Source: an uncultured Lachnospiraceae bacterium (GTDB taxonomy: Bacteria; Bacillota; Clostridia; Oscillospirales; CAG-272). Taken from it: 56,771 nucleotides of DNA. Each line of letters begins with the position of its first letter. The first letter of the stretch is position 1. Positions 9,102 to 18,098 of the stretch are shown here, one piece after another. A program made the position numbers and the translations under genes. Location of the stretch: contig CAYXQF010000002.1 in the NCBI GenBank assembly GCA_964466625.1, forward strand, positions 1-56,771. Reading direction: 5' to 3'. Under the pieces are notes generated by a model. That model saw nothing but the letters and a program-made list of their open reading frames with translations. It did not search any database and had not been told where the DNA came from.

Positions 9102-10577
9102 TTATCCGTTCTCGCGTTTTCCGAGCGCGAGTCCTTGATAAGTATCGAGGAATGCTTCGGCGGTCTTGATCATATTCACGCATACGCGCTCGTCCTTAAA
9201 GCTGAAAACGAAGCACGCCGTGCCGAAATATTTGTCGATGATCTGCACCTTGATGCGGAGCTTTTTCTCCTCCGAAAAATCTGCCGAGCAAGCAACGTCA
9301 TAAAAATGTCCTTTCGTGACGGTTCCTGCCACAAGGTCGGAATATCCTTCCTCGGGAAATTTTCCAAATTCATTATAGCCCACACCGAACACAAGATTTT
9401 TTTCACCTTGCTGATTTTGATAAGTAAGTGTACCTTTTCGTCCTTCAAAAGCAAAGCGGAACCATTCGATGCCCATCGGATTTTCCTCCAAACGGTAAGT
9501 CACGCCATGAAGCTCCTGCATAAACGCGTGCTCGCCATCATCAGCAAGCGCATAAAGCTTTCTTGATGCCGCATAGTCCAAAAGTTCCGCATAGGAAGCA
9601 TCATCTTCCGGCAATTCTTCCGAAAGGTTTTCCACAAGAGTGTGGTAAATCTCATGGAAAAGGATCGGTCTTGACGTAGGATTGCCTTGATTATCGGAGG
9701 TGATCACAAAAATAAAATCCGTTTGGGGATCGCAAACGGCAAATTGATCGCCCATACCGCTGAAGAAAAAGCCATCACGAGGAGTTTTCCAGATCTGATA
9801 GCCATAGCCGTAATGATCAGAGGCAGTATATCCCTTGATATCGTTGCAGACCTGCTTTTTCACCGCTTCTTTCATATAGTCGCGGCTGACATACTGTTTT
9901 CCTTCCCAAGAACCGCCGTTCAAAACAAAACGCGCGAAGTGAAGAAGATCCAGCGCAGAACACATCACGCCCGAATCCCCAAAAGAATGTCCGCCGGGAA
10001 CCTTCAGCGTATAGGTATCCTCAGAAAAGCCGATCTCGCGAAGTGCTTTATCCTTGAGATAATCCAAAAACGGTTTTCCCGTGAGTCTTTCCACAAGGAC
10101 ACAAAGCATCTGTGATGCAGGGCTGTCATAATCAAAAAGCGTGCCGGGAATCTTATCGCTTTTTTTGCGGAAATAGACTTCTGTTCTGTCTTCTGTGCCG
10201 GAATAAAACCAGTTGACACCATATTTCATGCTACTTTCCATGCGAAGAAGATCACGGATCGTTGCTTCACGAAGCTTTTCATCCGCTTTTTCCATATATT
10301 CGGGGAAAAACTTCATAAAAAGATCGTCAATCGAAAGCAGTCCGTCATCAATCGCCATGCCAACAGCAATAGAAACAAAGCTTTTGCTGACAGAATACAT
10401 TCTGTGCTTAAAATCTTTTGTAAAAGGTGCATAGTAAACTTCCGCAAAAAGCTTTTCACCTCTTGCCATCAAAACGCTGTGTGTGCTGAAACCGCATTCG
10501 TCAAGCGTTTTCAAAAAAGAAAGCACACGCTTCGATGAGATACCTGCCTTTTCGGGTGTTGTTTTCTGAAAATACAT
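9102..10577 (-). CDS. Serine hydrolase of the beta-lactamase/PBP (class C-like) family
   Basis: SxxK motif in 'MYSVSKSFVSIAVGMAIDDG'; 491 aa with a C-terminal extension. Confidence 0.8.
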   Translation of the reverse strand: MYFQKTTPEKAGISSKRVLSFLKTLDECGFSTHSVLMARGEKLFAEVYYAPFTKDFKHRMYSVSKSFVSIAVGMAIDDGLLSIDDLFMKFFPEYMEKADEKLREATIRDLLRMESSMKYGVNWFYSGTEDRTEVYFRKKSDKIPGTLFDYDSPASQMLCVLVERLTGKPFLDYLKDKALREIGFSEDTYTLKVPGGHSFGDSGVMCSALDLLHFARFVLNGGSWEGKQYVSRDYMKEAVKKQVCNDIKGYTASDHYGYGYQIWKTPRDGFFFSGMGDQFAVCDPQTDFIFVITSDNQGNPTSRPILFHEIYHTLVENLSEELPEDDASYAELLDYAASRKLYALADDGEHAFMQELHGVTYRLEENPMGIEWFRFAFEGRKGTLTYQNQQGEKNLVFGVGYNEFGKFPEEGYSDLVAGTVTKGHFYDVACSADFSEEKKLRIKVQIIDKYFGTACFVFSFKDERVCVNMIKTAEAFLDTYQGLALGKRENG

Positions 10578-10593
10578 CGCTTTTCCTTTCTAT

Positions 10594-10676
10594 CATTGGG
10601 GCGCTGCCCCAAACCTCGCTTGGCGCGCCGCTCCAAGACCTCGCAAAAGGGATTTCTCCCTTTTGAATCCCCAATG
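10594..10676. repeat. REP/MITE-like palindromic element, copy A (inverted relative to copies B and C)
   Basis: 8-bp terminal inverted repeats CATTGGGG/CCCCAATG. Internal hairpins are GGGGC-GCT-GCCCC, CTTGG..CCAAG and AAAAGGGA-TTTC-TCCCTTTT. It starts 5 nt after the GNAT stop codon. Confidence 0.55.
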
Positions 10677-10680
10677 GTTT

Positions 10681-11181
10681 TTACTTATTTTTTCTGTAGT
10701 ATACACATTCGTGCAATTTTCCACGGTATTCGATCGTTGCGTGGGTATTCATCTTTGTCATGCCGCATTTCTCCATCACGCGGATACTGGCAAGATTGCT
10801 TGCAAACGCACCCGTAATGACTGAGGCATATCCATTTTGCAAAAGATAATGGATCACGGCGGTGAGTGCTTCTGTCATATATCCTCTGCCCCAAAACATC
10901 GGCGAAATCACATAACCAAGCTCGATCATATCCCCTTTGATCTCCGTGTCGTTCAAAAAACCGACAAGCGTTTCTCCGCAATAGATTCCTCGCACAAAAT
11001 GCGCATCGGAAGCGGAAAGCGCAAGAAACCGTGAAAAAAGCTTCGTTTTTGCTTCCTCTGTCACAAGGTCGGGGAGCATATAGGTCTGCTTGATCTTTTC
11101 ATCAACGAAAAGAGCTATCATCGCGTCCTTGTCCGCTTCGGAAAAGGGCTTCACCGTCAAACGGTTTGTTTTGATCATCAT
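10681..11181 (-). CDS. GNAT family N-acetyltransferase (RimJ/RimL-like)
   Basis: N-terminus 'RLTVKPFSEADKD' and 'FWGRGYMTEAL' (acetyl-CoA site region). The start is set at the Met after the upstream stop. Confidence 0.8.
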   Translation of the reverse strand: MMIKTNRLTVKPFSEADKDAMIALFVDEKIKQTYMLPDLVTEEAKTKLFSRFLALSASDAHFVRGIYCGETLVGFLNDTEIKGDMIELGYVISPMFWGRGYMTEALTAVIHYLLQNGYASVITGAFASNLASIRVMEKCGMTKMNTHATIEYRGKLHECVYYRKNK

Positions 11182-11195
11182 AAAAGCTCCTTTCC

Positions 11196-12566
11196 TTATA
11201 TCACAATATCCGTGCGGCGGAAATCGCAAAGACGATTGTCAAAGCCCGTGGTATCACGGTGCAAGCGAACGGTCTGCACGTGCTTTTGTCCATTCGGCAA
11301 GGTCACCTCGATCTCGTAATCACCATAGAAACCGCCAAAACGAACTTCACCATGCTTCGAAACAGTATCAATTTCTGTACGCCATTCCTTATTGATCAGT
11401 TCATCAAGCGCTTCATATGCTTTTTTCGCGGTGCAATCGCGATGAATAAGACCTGCATGGAAGATATTTTCGCCTTGGAATGCGGTATCGTCCGCAAAAT
11501 TCCACCAAACGATGGACTGGCAAGCCTTACTGCTGAACCACAAGCGGTAAAGACGGCGCACCAGCTCTGCTTGTGCGTCTTCATCTTCCCCTTCACCGTG
11601 CCAAGACGGAATGGAAACCTCGGAAAGGCTGATCGGCAAGCCAAATTCGCCATAGCATTCCAAAACGTCCAAAAGACGAAGCGGATTGCAAACACGGCTA
11701 TTTTCACCATAAAGACTCTGATTTTTCCAATGCGGCCAAAACGCATGGAACTGCATACCGATACCTTCAATCGGAGCACCTTTATCGAGCCATTCACGAA
11801 GCGCCATATAGTAATAACTGCGATAACCGCGGTAATGCTCCCCAAAGCTTTCCTGCATACCTTCATTCCAATAGAGGCGAGAATGTGGAAAATGACGTTT
11901 ACAAAGATCAAAGCACCATTTTTCATGATCACGTTCGTCCGTGATTTGCAAATTGCGGCAGCCATTGCCTTTATAGCAATTCTTATATATCGTAAGCATC
12001 TCATTGATGACGTCTACGTCTATAAATTTATTGCCATAGCGCGCGGCAAGCTCGGAAAGGCGCTGATCAATGGCGATCTTGATCTCACGATTATCTTTTG
12101 AGAGCCAATCGGGCTGGAAGGAATTATAGATCAGACAATGTCCTTTCATATCGAGCCCGTTCTTTTCGCAAAATTCCACAGCTGTATCCAGCGGCGGACG
12201 GCGGCTGATGAACGGCGCGTCTTTTTCAAAGCGCGGCTTTCCTTTTTCAGGTTCTAAGGTATCCCAATACAGCGGGATCACGGCAAAATTAAAAATATTT
12301 TTGAATTGCGCTTCATACGCCGCATTGAGTTCCGGCGTTTCCATCTGACCGAGGAAAAACGTAGTCGCACCGAAATGAAATGCGTGGCGAACAAGCTTTG
12401 CTTTTACACGAATACCCTCATGTGTTTCCCCTTTTTCATCAAGGAAACGCAAGCGAAACTCGCCTTTTCGATTCTCTTCGATACCGCGGTTTACTTTATC
12501 TTCCACACAGTAGTCAAAGCGAGCAAAATTTTCCACCAAACGCACAAGATCGTTTTTCTTTTCCAT
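11196..12566 (-). CDS. Glycoside hydrolase, GH10-like (xylanase family), no signal peptide
   Basis: (beta/alpha)8-type motifs: 'AVIPLYWDTLEPEKG', 'KGHCLIY', 'VDVINEM' (acid/base Glu position) and 'ISLSEVSIP' (nucleophile position). Confidence 0.55.
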   Translation of the reverse strand: MEKKNDLVRLVENFARFDYCVEDKVNRGIEENRKGEFRLRFLDEKGETHEGIRVKAKLVRHAFHFGATTFFLGQMETPELNAAYEAQFKNIFNFAVIPLYWDTLEPEKGKPRFEKDAPFISRRPPLDTAVEFCEKNGLDMKGHCLIYNSFQPDWLSKDNREIKIAIDQRLSELAARYGNKFIDVDVINEMLTIYKNCYKGNGCRNLQITDERDHEKWCFDLCKRHFPHSRLYWNEGMQESFGEHYRGYRSYYYMALREWLDKGAPIEGIGMQFHAFWPHWKNQSLYGENSRVCNPLRLLDVLECYGEFGLPISLSEVSIPSWHGEGEDEDAQAELVRRLYRLWFSSKACQSIVWWNFADDTAFQGENIFHAGLIHRDCTAKKAYEALDELINKEWRTEIDTVSKHGEVRFGGFYGDYEIEVTLPNGQKHVQTVRLHRDTTGFDNRLCDFRRTDIVI

Positions 12567-12727
12567 AGAAATATCATCTCCTTTCTTTCTAAAGTCATTT
12601 TAACACAAATTTTCAGAAAAATCTTGCGGATATTTACATAAAAACTTGAAATTCGGATACTTTTTTCATTGACAACGGACAAAACGGTATTTATAATAAA
12701 AAATAGAGTCAACAAAGGAGATATCAC

Positions 12728-13549
12728 ATGGAACAACATATCCTACTTTCGGACTTTTATCAAATTTCACTCGCGCACATCAAAGGTGTTCTGCAAAGAT
12801 CCGCTTGGGACCCAACCGCTCATTCCCATGACCATTTTGAGCTTTTCGTTCACATCAAAGGGCATATTCAAATTTTTGTGGAGGAAAACCGTTATTCACT
12901 TTCGGGCGGAGAAATCCGATTTTACAGCGCCGGTGAACTGCATGGCGGCGATCTCGGCGGTGACGAAGAAATTGAATGGTATCAGATCAATATACCCGCC
13001 GCATTTCTCAGCGCGCCCAACGGAAAAGCGCTCACACGAATCTTTTGGGATCGAAAATTCGGCACGGGAAACGTGATCCGTTCTCAAAAGCAAGAGGAGA
13101 TCGTGAGTATGTTAGAAAATGCTTTCGCTCTCTATAAAAACAACGATCCGCTCGCTATGTGTTATGCACAAACCGTTGTGGTCGGATTGCTTTGTTTGAT
13201 CTATGCAGATGAAAATCGTTTGTCCAGTGCCGCGGAAAAACGAACACCTGCACTGGAAAAAATTTTCGATATGATCTATCATGATTTCGCAAATCTATCC
13301 TCCGTATACGATATTGCCGAGCGTACCCATTTCAGCGTTTCCTATATCAATAAGCTTTTCCACACACACGTAGGCGTAAGTCCTTATCAATTTTTGCTCG
13401 GAAAAAAGCTTGACGAAGCAAAAAAAGCGCTCAAAAACGGAAAAAGTGTCACGGAAGCCGCACGCCTTGCAGGATTTCGGGATTATTCGGGATTCATCAC
13501 CCTTTTTCGAAAGCGTTTTGGCGTGACGCCCCATAAATATAAGAAATAA
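12728..13549 (+). CDS. AraC family transcriptional regulator (cupin sensor + HTH)
   Basis: C-terminal 'ERTHFSVSYINKLFHTHVGVSPYQFL...AARLAGFRDYSGFITLFRKRFGVTP'. It is divergent from the GH10-like gene. Confidence 0.9.
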   Translation: MEQHILLSDFYQISLAHIKGVLQRSAWDPTAHSHDHFELFVHIKGHIQIFVEENRYSLSGGEIRFYSAGELHGGDLGGDEEIEWYQINIPAAFLSAPNGKALTRIFWDRKFGTGNVIRSQKQEEIVSMLENAFALYKNNDPLAMCYAQTVVVGLLCLIYADENRLSSAAEKRTPALEKIFDMIYHDFANLSSVYDIAERTHFSVSYINKLFHTHVGVSPYQFLLGKKLDEAKKALKNGKSVTEAARLAGFRDYSGFITLFRKRFGVTPHKYKK

Positions 13550-13576
13550 AAACAGACTAACAAGGAGTTCCAGACC

Positions 13577-14524
13577 ATGACCGAAACCACAAAGACCGTC
13601 TTTGAAAAATACGAGATCCGCAAAACAAAAAAGCAAAAGACGGCGTTTATCGAATATATCAAAACCGTCGCCGCGGAGCGCGGATATTCTTGCCGCATGG
13701 AAAAAGGCTCGTTCGGCGCACGCAACATCGTCATCGGCGATCCCGCAAAAGCAAAGCTTCTTTACACGGCGCATTATGACACTTGTCCGCGTTTGCCCTT
13801 TCCAAACTTCATCACGCCGAAAAATTTTCTCATCTATCTGCTCTACCAGATCGTGATTTCCCTTGTCTTCATGATCGCGCCCATTCTCCTCGGCGTATAT
13901 CTTTGGTTCGTACTCGCAGGTGCGCTGGAACTTCCAAGCGAGCTTGCCGAGGCACTTTCCCTGCCGATCTTTTATCTGCTTCTCATCGGTATCATGCTTC
14001 TGCTCATGGCAGGTCCTGCCAACCGCCACACGGCAAATGACAATACCTCAGGCGTGACGCTGCTGCTCGACATCATGCACGCACTCCCCGAGGAAGACAG
14101 GGAAAACGTCGCTTTCGTTTTCTTTGATCTTGAGGAAATGGGACTTTTCGGCTCATCGAGCTTCGCTTCCAAGCATAAAAAACGCATGCAAGAAAAGCTT
14201 CTCGTCAATTTCGACTGTGTTTCCGATGGGGAAACGATACTCTTTGCGCTTCGCAAAGGTGCAAAAAAATACGCGCCTCTTTTTGAAAAAGCGTTTGAAC
14301 CAAATGAAAATATCCGTGTTGAAGTCTTGACAAAAGGCGTTTTCTATCCGTCCGATCAAGCAAATTTCCCCTGTGGTGTCGGTGTAGCGGCGCTGAAAAA
14401 AGCGAAATTTTGCAATTTGCTTTATATGGATAAGATCCACACGCCGCGTGACACCGTTTATCGTGAGGAAAATATTACATATCTCACGGACGGTGCGATC
14501 AAACTGATCCAAGAAATGAATTAA
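13577..14524 (+). CDS. M28 family metallopeptidase with a hydrophobic insertion inside the catalytic domain
   Basis: Candidate metal ligands in 'AHYDT', 'NDNTSGV', 'DLEEMGLFGS', 'NFDCVSD' and 'KIHTPRD'. About 75 hydrophobic residues are inserted after the first motif. Confidence 0.65.
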   Translation: MTETTKTVFEKYEIRKTKKQKTAFIEYIKTVAAERGYSCRMEKGSFGARNIVIGDPAKAKLLYTAHYDTCPRLPFPNFITPKNFLIYLLYQIVISLVFMIAPILLGVYLWFVLAGALELPSELAEALSLPIFYLLLIGIMLLLMAGPANRHTANDNTSGVTLLLDIMHALPEEDRENVAFVFFDLEEMGLFGSSSFASKHKKRMQEKLLVNFDCVSDGETILFALRKGAKKYAPLFEKAFEPNENIRVEVLTKGVFYPSDQANFPCGVGVAALKKAKFCNLLYMDKIHTPRDTVYREENITYLTDGAIKLIQEMN

Positions 14525-14530
14525 AAAAAC

Positions 14531-14559
14531 GGGAAGATTCAAAGATCTTCCCTATTTTT
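14531..14559. terminator. Bidirectional terminator hairpin
   Basis: GGGAAGAT-loop-ATCTTCCC with A/T runs, between convergent genes. Confidence 0.6.
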
Positions 14560-15244
14560 ATATACCGTATTTGATCTTTACTCTTTCAAGCTTTTCGCCA
14601 AAAGGCTTTGCGCAGAAAAAGAGGAAAATGAAGTTGGAAGCAGAATACAGGAGCGTGTGCGGCAGTGCTGTGAGGATCGCCGCCACATAAAGCTGCATGC
14701 TGAAATCTCCACCTGCCCAAACGACAGACCAGATATCCATGAGAAGCGAATAAAAAACACCTGCAAGCACGCCTGAAATCAGCAAGAGCGGCTTGTTTTT
14801 TTTGAGCCATTTTGCAAAAACACCTGCCAAAAAACCCGTCATACCCCATGCAAACATTTGAAACGGTGTCCAAGGTCCTTGTCCAAAATAGAAATTGGAA
14901 ATGATCGCGGAAAGCGCGCCCACGAGAAAGCCTGCTTCTCCGCCGAGATACATACCCGTGATCATCGTGAAGGTGGTAACCGGCTTGAAAAACGGCAGAA
15001 ATCGTCCTACGACGGAAAGTGCCGTCATCACGCAAACGATGATGAGCCGTCTTGTGCCGATCTTTTTCTTTTCAAATCCGCAAAGAAAAAGGGAAACGGA
15101 AAGCGCCGCCACCGAAACCGTGATAAAAGCATGGCGTTTTTCATCAAAAACGAAAATACCGAGAATCACGGCGATGGGAATCAGCAAAAATGGGATCAGA
15201 ATCCGAAAAAGATCTCTCACCTTTTTATTTCGAATGACGATCAT
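14558..15244 (-). CDS. ECF transporter S (substrate-capture) component, substrate unknown
   Basis: A 6-TM small membrane protein ('GQGPWTPFQMFAWGMTGF'). ATGA overlap with the ECF ATPase stop. It is the last gene of the T-A-S cluster. Confidence 0.6.
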   Translation of the reverse strand: MIVIRNKKVRDLFRILIPFLLIPIAVILGIFVFDEKRHAFITVSVAALSVSLFLCGFEKKKIGTRRLIIVCVMTALSVVGRFLPFFKPVTTFTMITGMYLGGEAGFLVGALSAIISNFYFGQGPWTPFQMFAWGMTGFLAGVFAKWLKKNKPLLLISGVLAGVFYSLLMDIWSVVWAGGDFSMQLYVAAILTALPHTLLYSASNFIFLFFCAKPFGEKLERVKIKYGI

Positions 15245-16875
15245 ACACACGTCCTTTCCCCGTTGGCAAGACAAAGGTCAATGACGTCTTTCGCGGTGAC
15301 CGCGCCGTCATAATATCCTTTGGTCATGCGCGCGGTGGCAGTGGTATAAAACGTATTCGCAGAAAAGAAAGCCTTGGGTGTATCAATGGATATCATTTCT
15401 CCGCGGAAAAAGAGCGCACAGCGGTCTGCGATCTCGGCGGCAAATTCCATATCATGTGTCACCAAAACGATCGTCACGCCATTTTGCGAGAGTGTGCGCA
15501 GGATCTTCGCAATGCCGTCCTTCGCATAAGCGTCAAGTGCTTTAGTGGGTTCGTCAAGAAGGAGCAATTTTGGCTTTGTGGCAAGCACCTTTGCCAGCGC
15601 CACAAGCTGTTGTTCTCCACCGCTGAGATCATACGGGTGTTTATCATAAAGCGGCGAAAGATCATAAGGAAGCATTTCTGCCTCGGCACCTGCTTCCAAA
15701 AGCTCTTCACGCACCGTATTTTTGAGGAAAACCGTCTGTACGTCCTGCGGCAGATATGCCAAACACTCACGGTAAAGCGCGCCGTTTTTGTAATCCTTCA
15801 GCTTTTTGCCAAACACACGCACGTCCCCGTTATAAAATCTGCGGATCCCTGCCGCATTCACAAGCGTCGTGGTCTTACCCGATCCGTTGCCGCCGAGAAT
15901 ACAGAAGATCTCATTTTCATAAACCGTAAACGAAAGATTTTTCAGCACGTCGGGCAGATTTCTTTCATAACGAAATGATACGTCGCGAAAAGCGAGTGCT
16001 TCTTTTCCTTGCGCAAGCACCTCTTTTTTTGCGAGTGTTCGCGTATCGTTCTGAAAATTTGAGGTGATATACTGTCTGCCATCACGCACAGAAAGCGGTA
16101 CTTCACCTGCACCGCCCGTTTTTTGAAAGACCTGAGTGGCGGTCGGCAAAGCAAGTGAAAAGCGATCTTCCGCGCGAATTTTCGCGATCGCACGTCGGGG
16201 TGTGTCATACGCCATCATTTCGCCCTCGCGCAAAAGCAAAAGCTTGTCACAAACGGGAAAAACCTCTTCCATGCGATGTTCGATCATGATGACTGTCATC
16301 GAAAGCTCACGGTGAAGCTTGGAAACGGTGGCAATAAATTCTGCGGCGGCGATCGGATCGAGCTGTGCTGTCGGCTCATCAAGAAGCAGGATCTTCGGTC
16401 CCATGACCATCACGGAAGCGAGAGAAAGGAGCTGTTTTTGTCCGCCCGACAGCGAAGCCACATCTTTTTCAAACCAATCTTCAATGCCGAAATATCCTGA
16501 GATCTCCGCCACACGGCGACGGATCTCATTCTGCTCCACACCGAGGTTTTCCAGCCCAAAGGCAAGCTCATGCCAAACCTTATCCGCTACGATCTGCTGC
16601 TCGGGTTTTTGAAGTACATAGCCGACTTTCGCGGCGGCATCACGGTCAGAAAGCACCTCCTGCTTTTCGCCCATCAAGCGAATGTTACCGCACATTTCGC
16701 CAAGGGGAGCAAGTTCTTTTTTCAAAAGGCGCATCAGCGTGGATTTTCCGCTGCCCGTCGCACCGGCAAGAAGCACAAAATCCCCTTCATTCACCGAAAA
16801 AGACACGTCACGGATCGTCGGCGTTTGCATATTCGGATAAGTAAAGCTTAAATTTTCGACTGCAAGTATTTCCAT
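15241..16875 (-). CDS. ECF transporter ATPase, fused EcfA1-EcfA2
   Basis: Two ABC cassettes: Walker A 'GATGSGKST' and 'GGNGSGKTT', signatures 'LSGGQKQ' and 'LSGGEQQ', Walker B 'LLLDEPT' twice. Confidence 0.9.
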   Translation of the reverse strand: MEILAVENLSFTYPNMQTPTIRDVSFSVNEGDFVLLAGATGSGKSTLMRLLKKELAPLGEMCGNIRLMGEKQEVLSDRDAAAKVGYVLQKPEQQIVADKVWHELAFGLENLGVEQNEIRRRVAEISGYFGIEDWFEKDVASLSGGQKQLLSLASVMVMGPKILLLDEPTAQLDPIAAAEFIATVSKLHRELSMTVIMIEHRMEEVFPVCDKLLLLREGEMMAYDTPRRAIAKIRAEDRFSLALPTATQVFQKTGGAGEVPLSVRDGRQYITSNFQNDTRTLAKKEVLAQGKEALAFRDVSFRYERNLPDVLKNLSFTVYENEIFCILGGNGSGKTTTLVNAAGIRRFYNGDVRVFGKKLKDYKNGALYRECLAYLPQDVQTVFLKNTVREELLEAGAEAEMLPYDLSPLYDKHPYDLSGGEQQLVALAKVLATKPKLLLLDEPTKALDAYAKDGIAKILRTLSQNGVTIVLVTHDMEFAAEIADRCALFFRGEMISIDTPKAFFSANTFYTTATARMTKGYYDGAVTAKDVIDLCLANGERTCV

Positions 16876-17720
16876 TTGATTCTCACCCCCACTTCCAAAA
16901 ACGTCGGCATCATAACAAGTGCCGCATAAGCAACATAAGAAATATACGTTAAGATGGTCCCTGTGTTCATTTCAAACATAGGATAATAGCGCACCGACAC
17001 GGCGCCTGCTGCCATGCCGATGATCGTCAAACCTGCAAAAAGCACCGTCAAGCCAAGGAAAATCGCATCTGCGGCACCAAATCGAAAAATTTTGAAAAAC
17101 GTTCGTTTTCCCGTGCCGTAGCCACGCGCGGTCATGCTGTCCGCCGTGACGATGCCATTTTCCAGCGCCCACGTCACCATGACGGAAAAAATACGAATCC
17201 CTCCGCGAAAACGGTCGATAATATTATCTTCCTTATAAAGCCCCATGCCCTTTTGCGCATCGTTTACCTTTTTCGTTTGCGCGGCAAAAAGAGGAATATA
17301 TCTAAGTGTCATAGAAAGCATGAGCGAAAGCTTCGGTGAAAATGCACCGAAAAGATAGAGCAGCTTATCCGCTGTCATCATCGAAGAAAAATGGGAAAAC
17401 CACAGCATCACCGCCGCGAGCATTACGCCAGAAACCGCACCATAGATCACGGCTTCCAGCGTGATAGGGTTATCATTCAAGACAAAAAGCACCGTTTTTC
17501 CGTTGTGATAAAAGAGCGGATTGAGAATCAGCGCCCCTAAAAACAAAACCAAAAGCCAGCAGAGCAAGCGTTTTTTCTGTCCCGACACAAAAAGGAAAAG
17601 GAGCGCACCGACAAGCGACAATGCGATCATAACGGGATTCATCTGAAACATGACGAGTCCTGCCGCCATCAAAAAATATAAAAAGACTGCAATAGGATTT
17701 TTCTCTGATAACACTGTCAC
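16848..17720 (-). CDS. ECF transporter transmembrane T component (EcfT/CbiQ family)
   Basis: A multi-TM protein of the expected size directly upstream of the ATPase. The start is uncertain: GTG at 17720 or 17714, with the AGGAGG spacing favouring 17714. Confidence 0.8.
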   Translation of the reverse strand: MTVLSEKNPIAVFLYFLMAAGLVMFQMNPVMIALSLVGALLFLFVSGQKKRLLCWLLVLFLGALILNPLFYHNGKTVLFVLNDNPITLEAVIYGAVSGVMLAAVMLWFSHFSSMMTADKLLYLFGAFSPKLSLMLSMTLRYIPLFAAQTKKVNDAQKGMGLYKEDNIIDRFRGGIRIFSVMVTWALENGIVTADSMTARGYGTGKRTFFKIFRFGAADAIFLGLTVLFAGLTIIGMAAGAVSVRYYPMFEMNTGTILTYISYVAYAALVMMPTFLEVGVRIKWKYLQSKI

Positions 17721-17752
17721 ACTCCTCCTTTCTCCGCTTTTCTTTAGGAAAA

Positions 17753-18030
17753 GAAAAGCTTGGCAAAAGAAACCGTTCGGGGTTCTTCGTTTTTTTAACT
17801 AAATTTTTTATTCTACGCTCCGTATGAAAACAAAGCTTGGCGAAAGAAACCGCTCGAGGCTCTTCGTTTTTTTAACTAAATTTTTTATTCTACGCTCCGT
17901 ATGAAAACAAAGCTTGGCAAAAGAAACCGCTCGTGGTTCTTCGTTTTTTATTTTAACTAAATTTTGTTCCGTATAAAAATAAAGTTTGGCAAAAACCCTT
18001 TCATGACTCTTCGCTCTGTGTTTTTGTAAA
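17753..18030. repeat. Tandem repeat, ~77-bp unit, 3 full copies plus a degenerate fourth
   Basis: The motif AGCTTGGC recurs at 17757, 17834 and 17911, and a degenerate form (AGTTTGGC) at 17983. Units 1 and 2 are nearly identical except around a small hairpin (GAAACCG-NTCG-NGGYTC) that precedes a T-run. Confidence 0.9.
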
Positions 18031-18035
18031 TTTTA

Positions 18036-18096
18036 CCCCCTCAACCGGGATTCCAAAGGGATCGGTCCCTTTGGCGGGGGAAAGGGGCAGAGCCCC
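18036..18096. repeat. REP-like palindromic element, copy B
   Basis: GGGATTCCAAAGGGA-TCGG-TCCCTTTGG followed by GGGGC-AGA-GCCCC. It lies directly after the stop of the 519-aa gene. Confidence 0.55.
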
Positions 18097-18098
18097 CT

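Noticed and set aside
17824-17985. Chained 26-codon mini-ORFs (MKTKLGERNRSRLFVFLTKFFILRSV) lie on the plus strand inside the tandem repeat, each overlapping the next by ATGA.
   Set aside because: They are a by-product of a 77-nt (3n-1) period. They have no RBS, are antisense to the local transcription direction and change frame at each unit.
17753-18030. I asked whether the 77-bp repeats could be a CRISPR array.
   Set aside because: The units are directly abutting, with no unique spacers. The period is far longer than a CRISPR repeat, and no cas genes are present.
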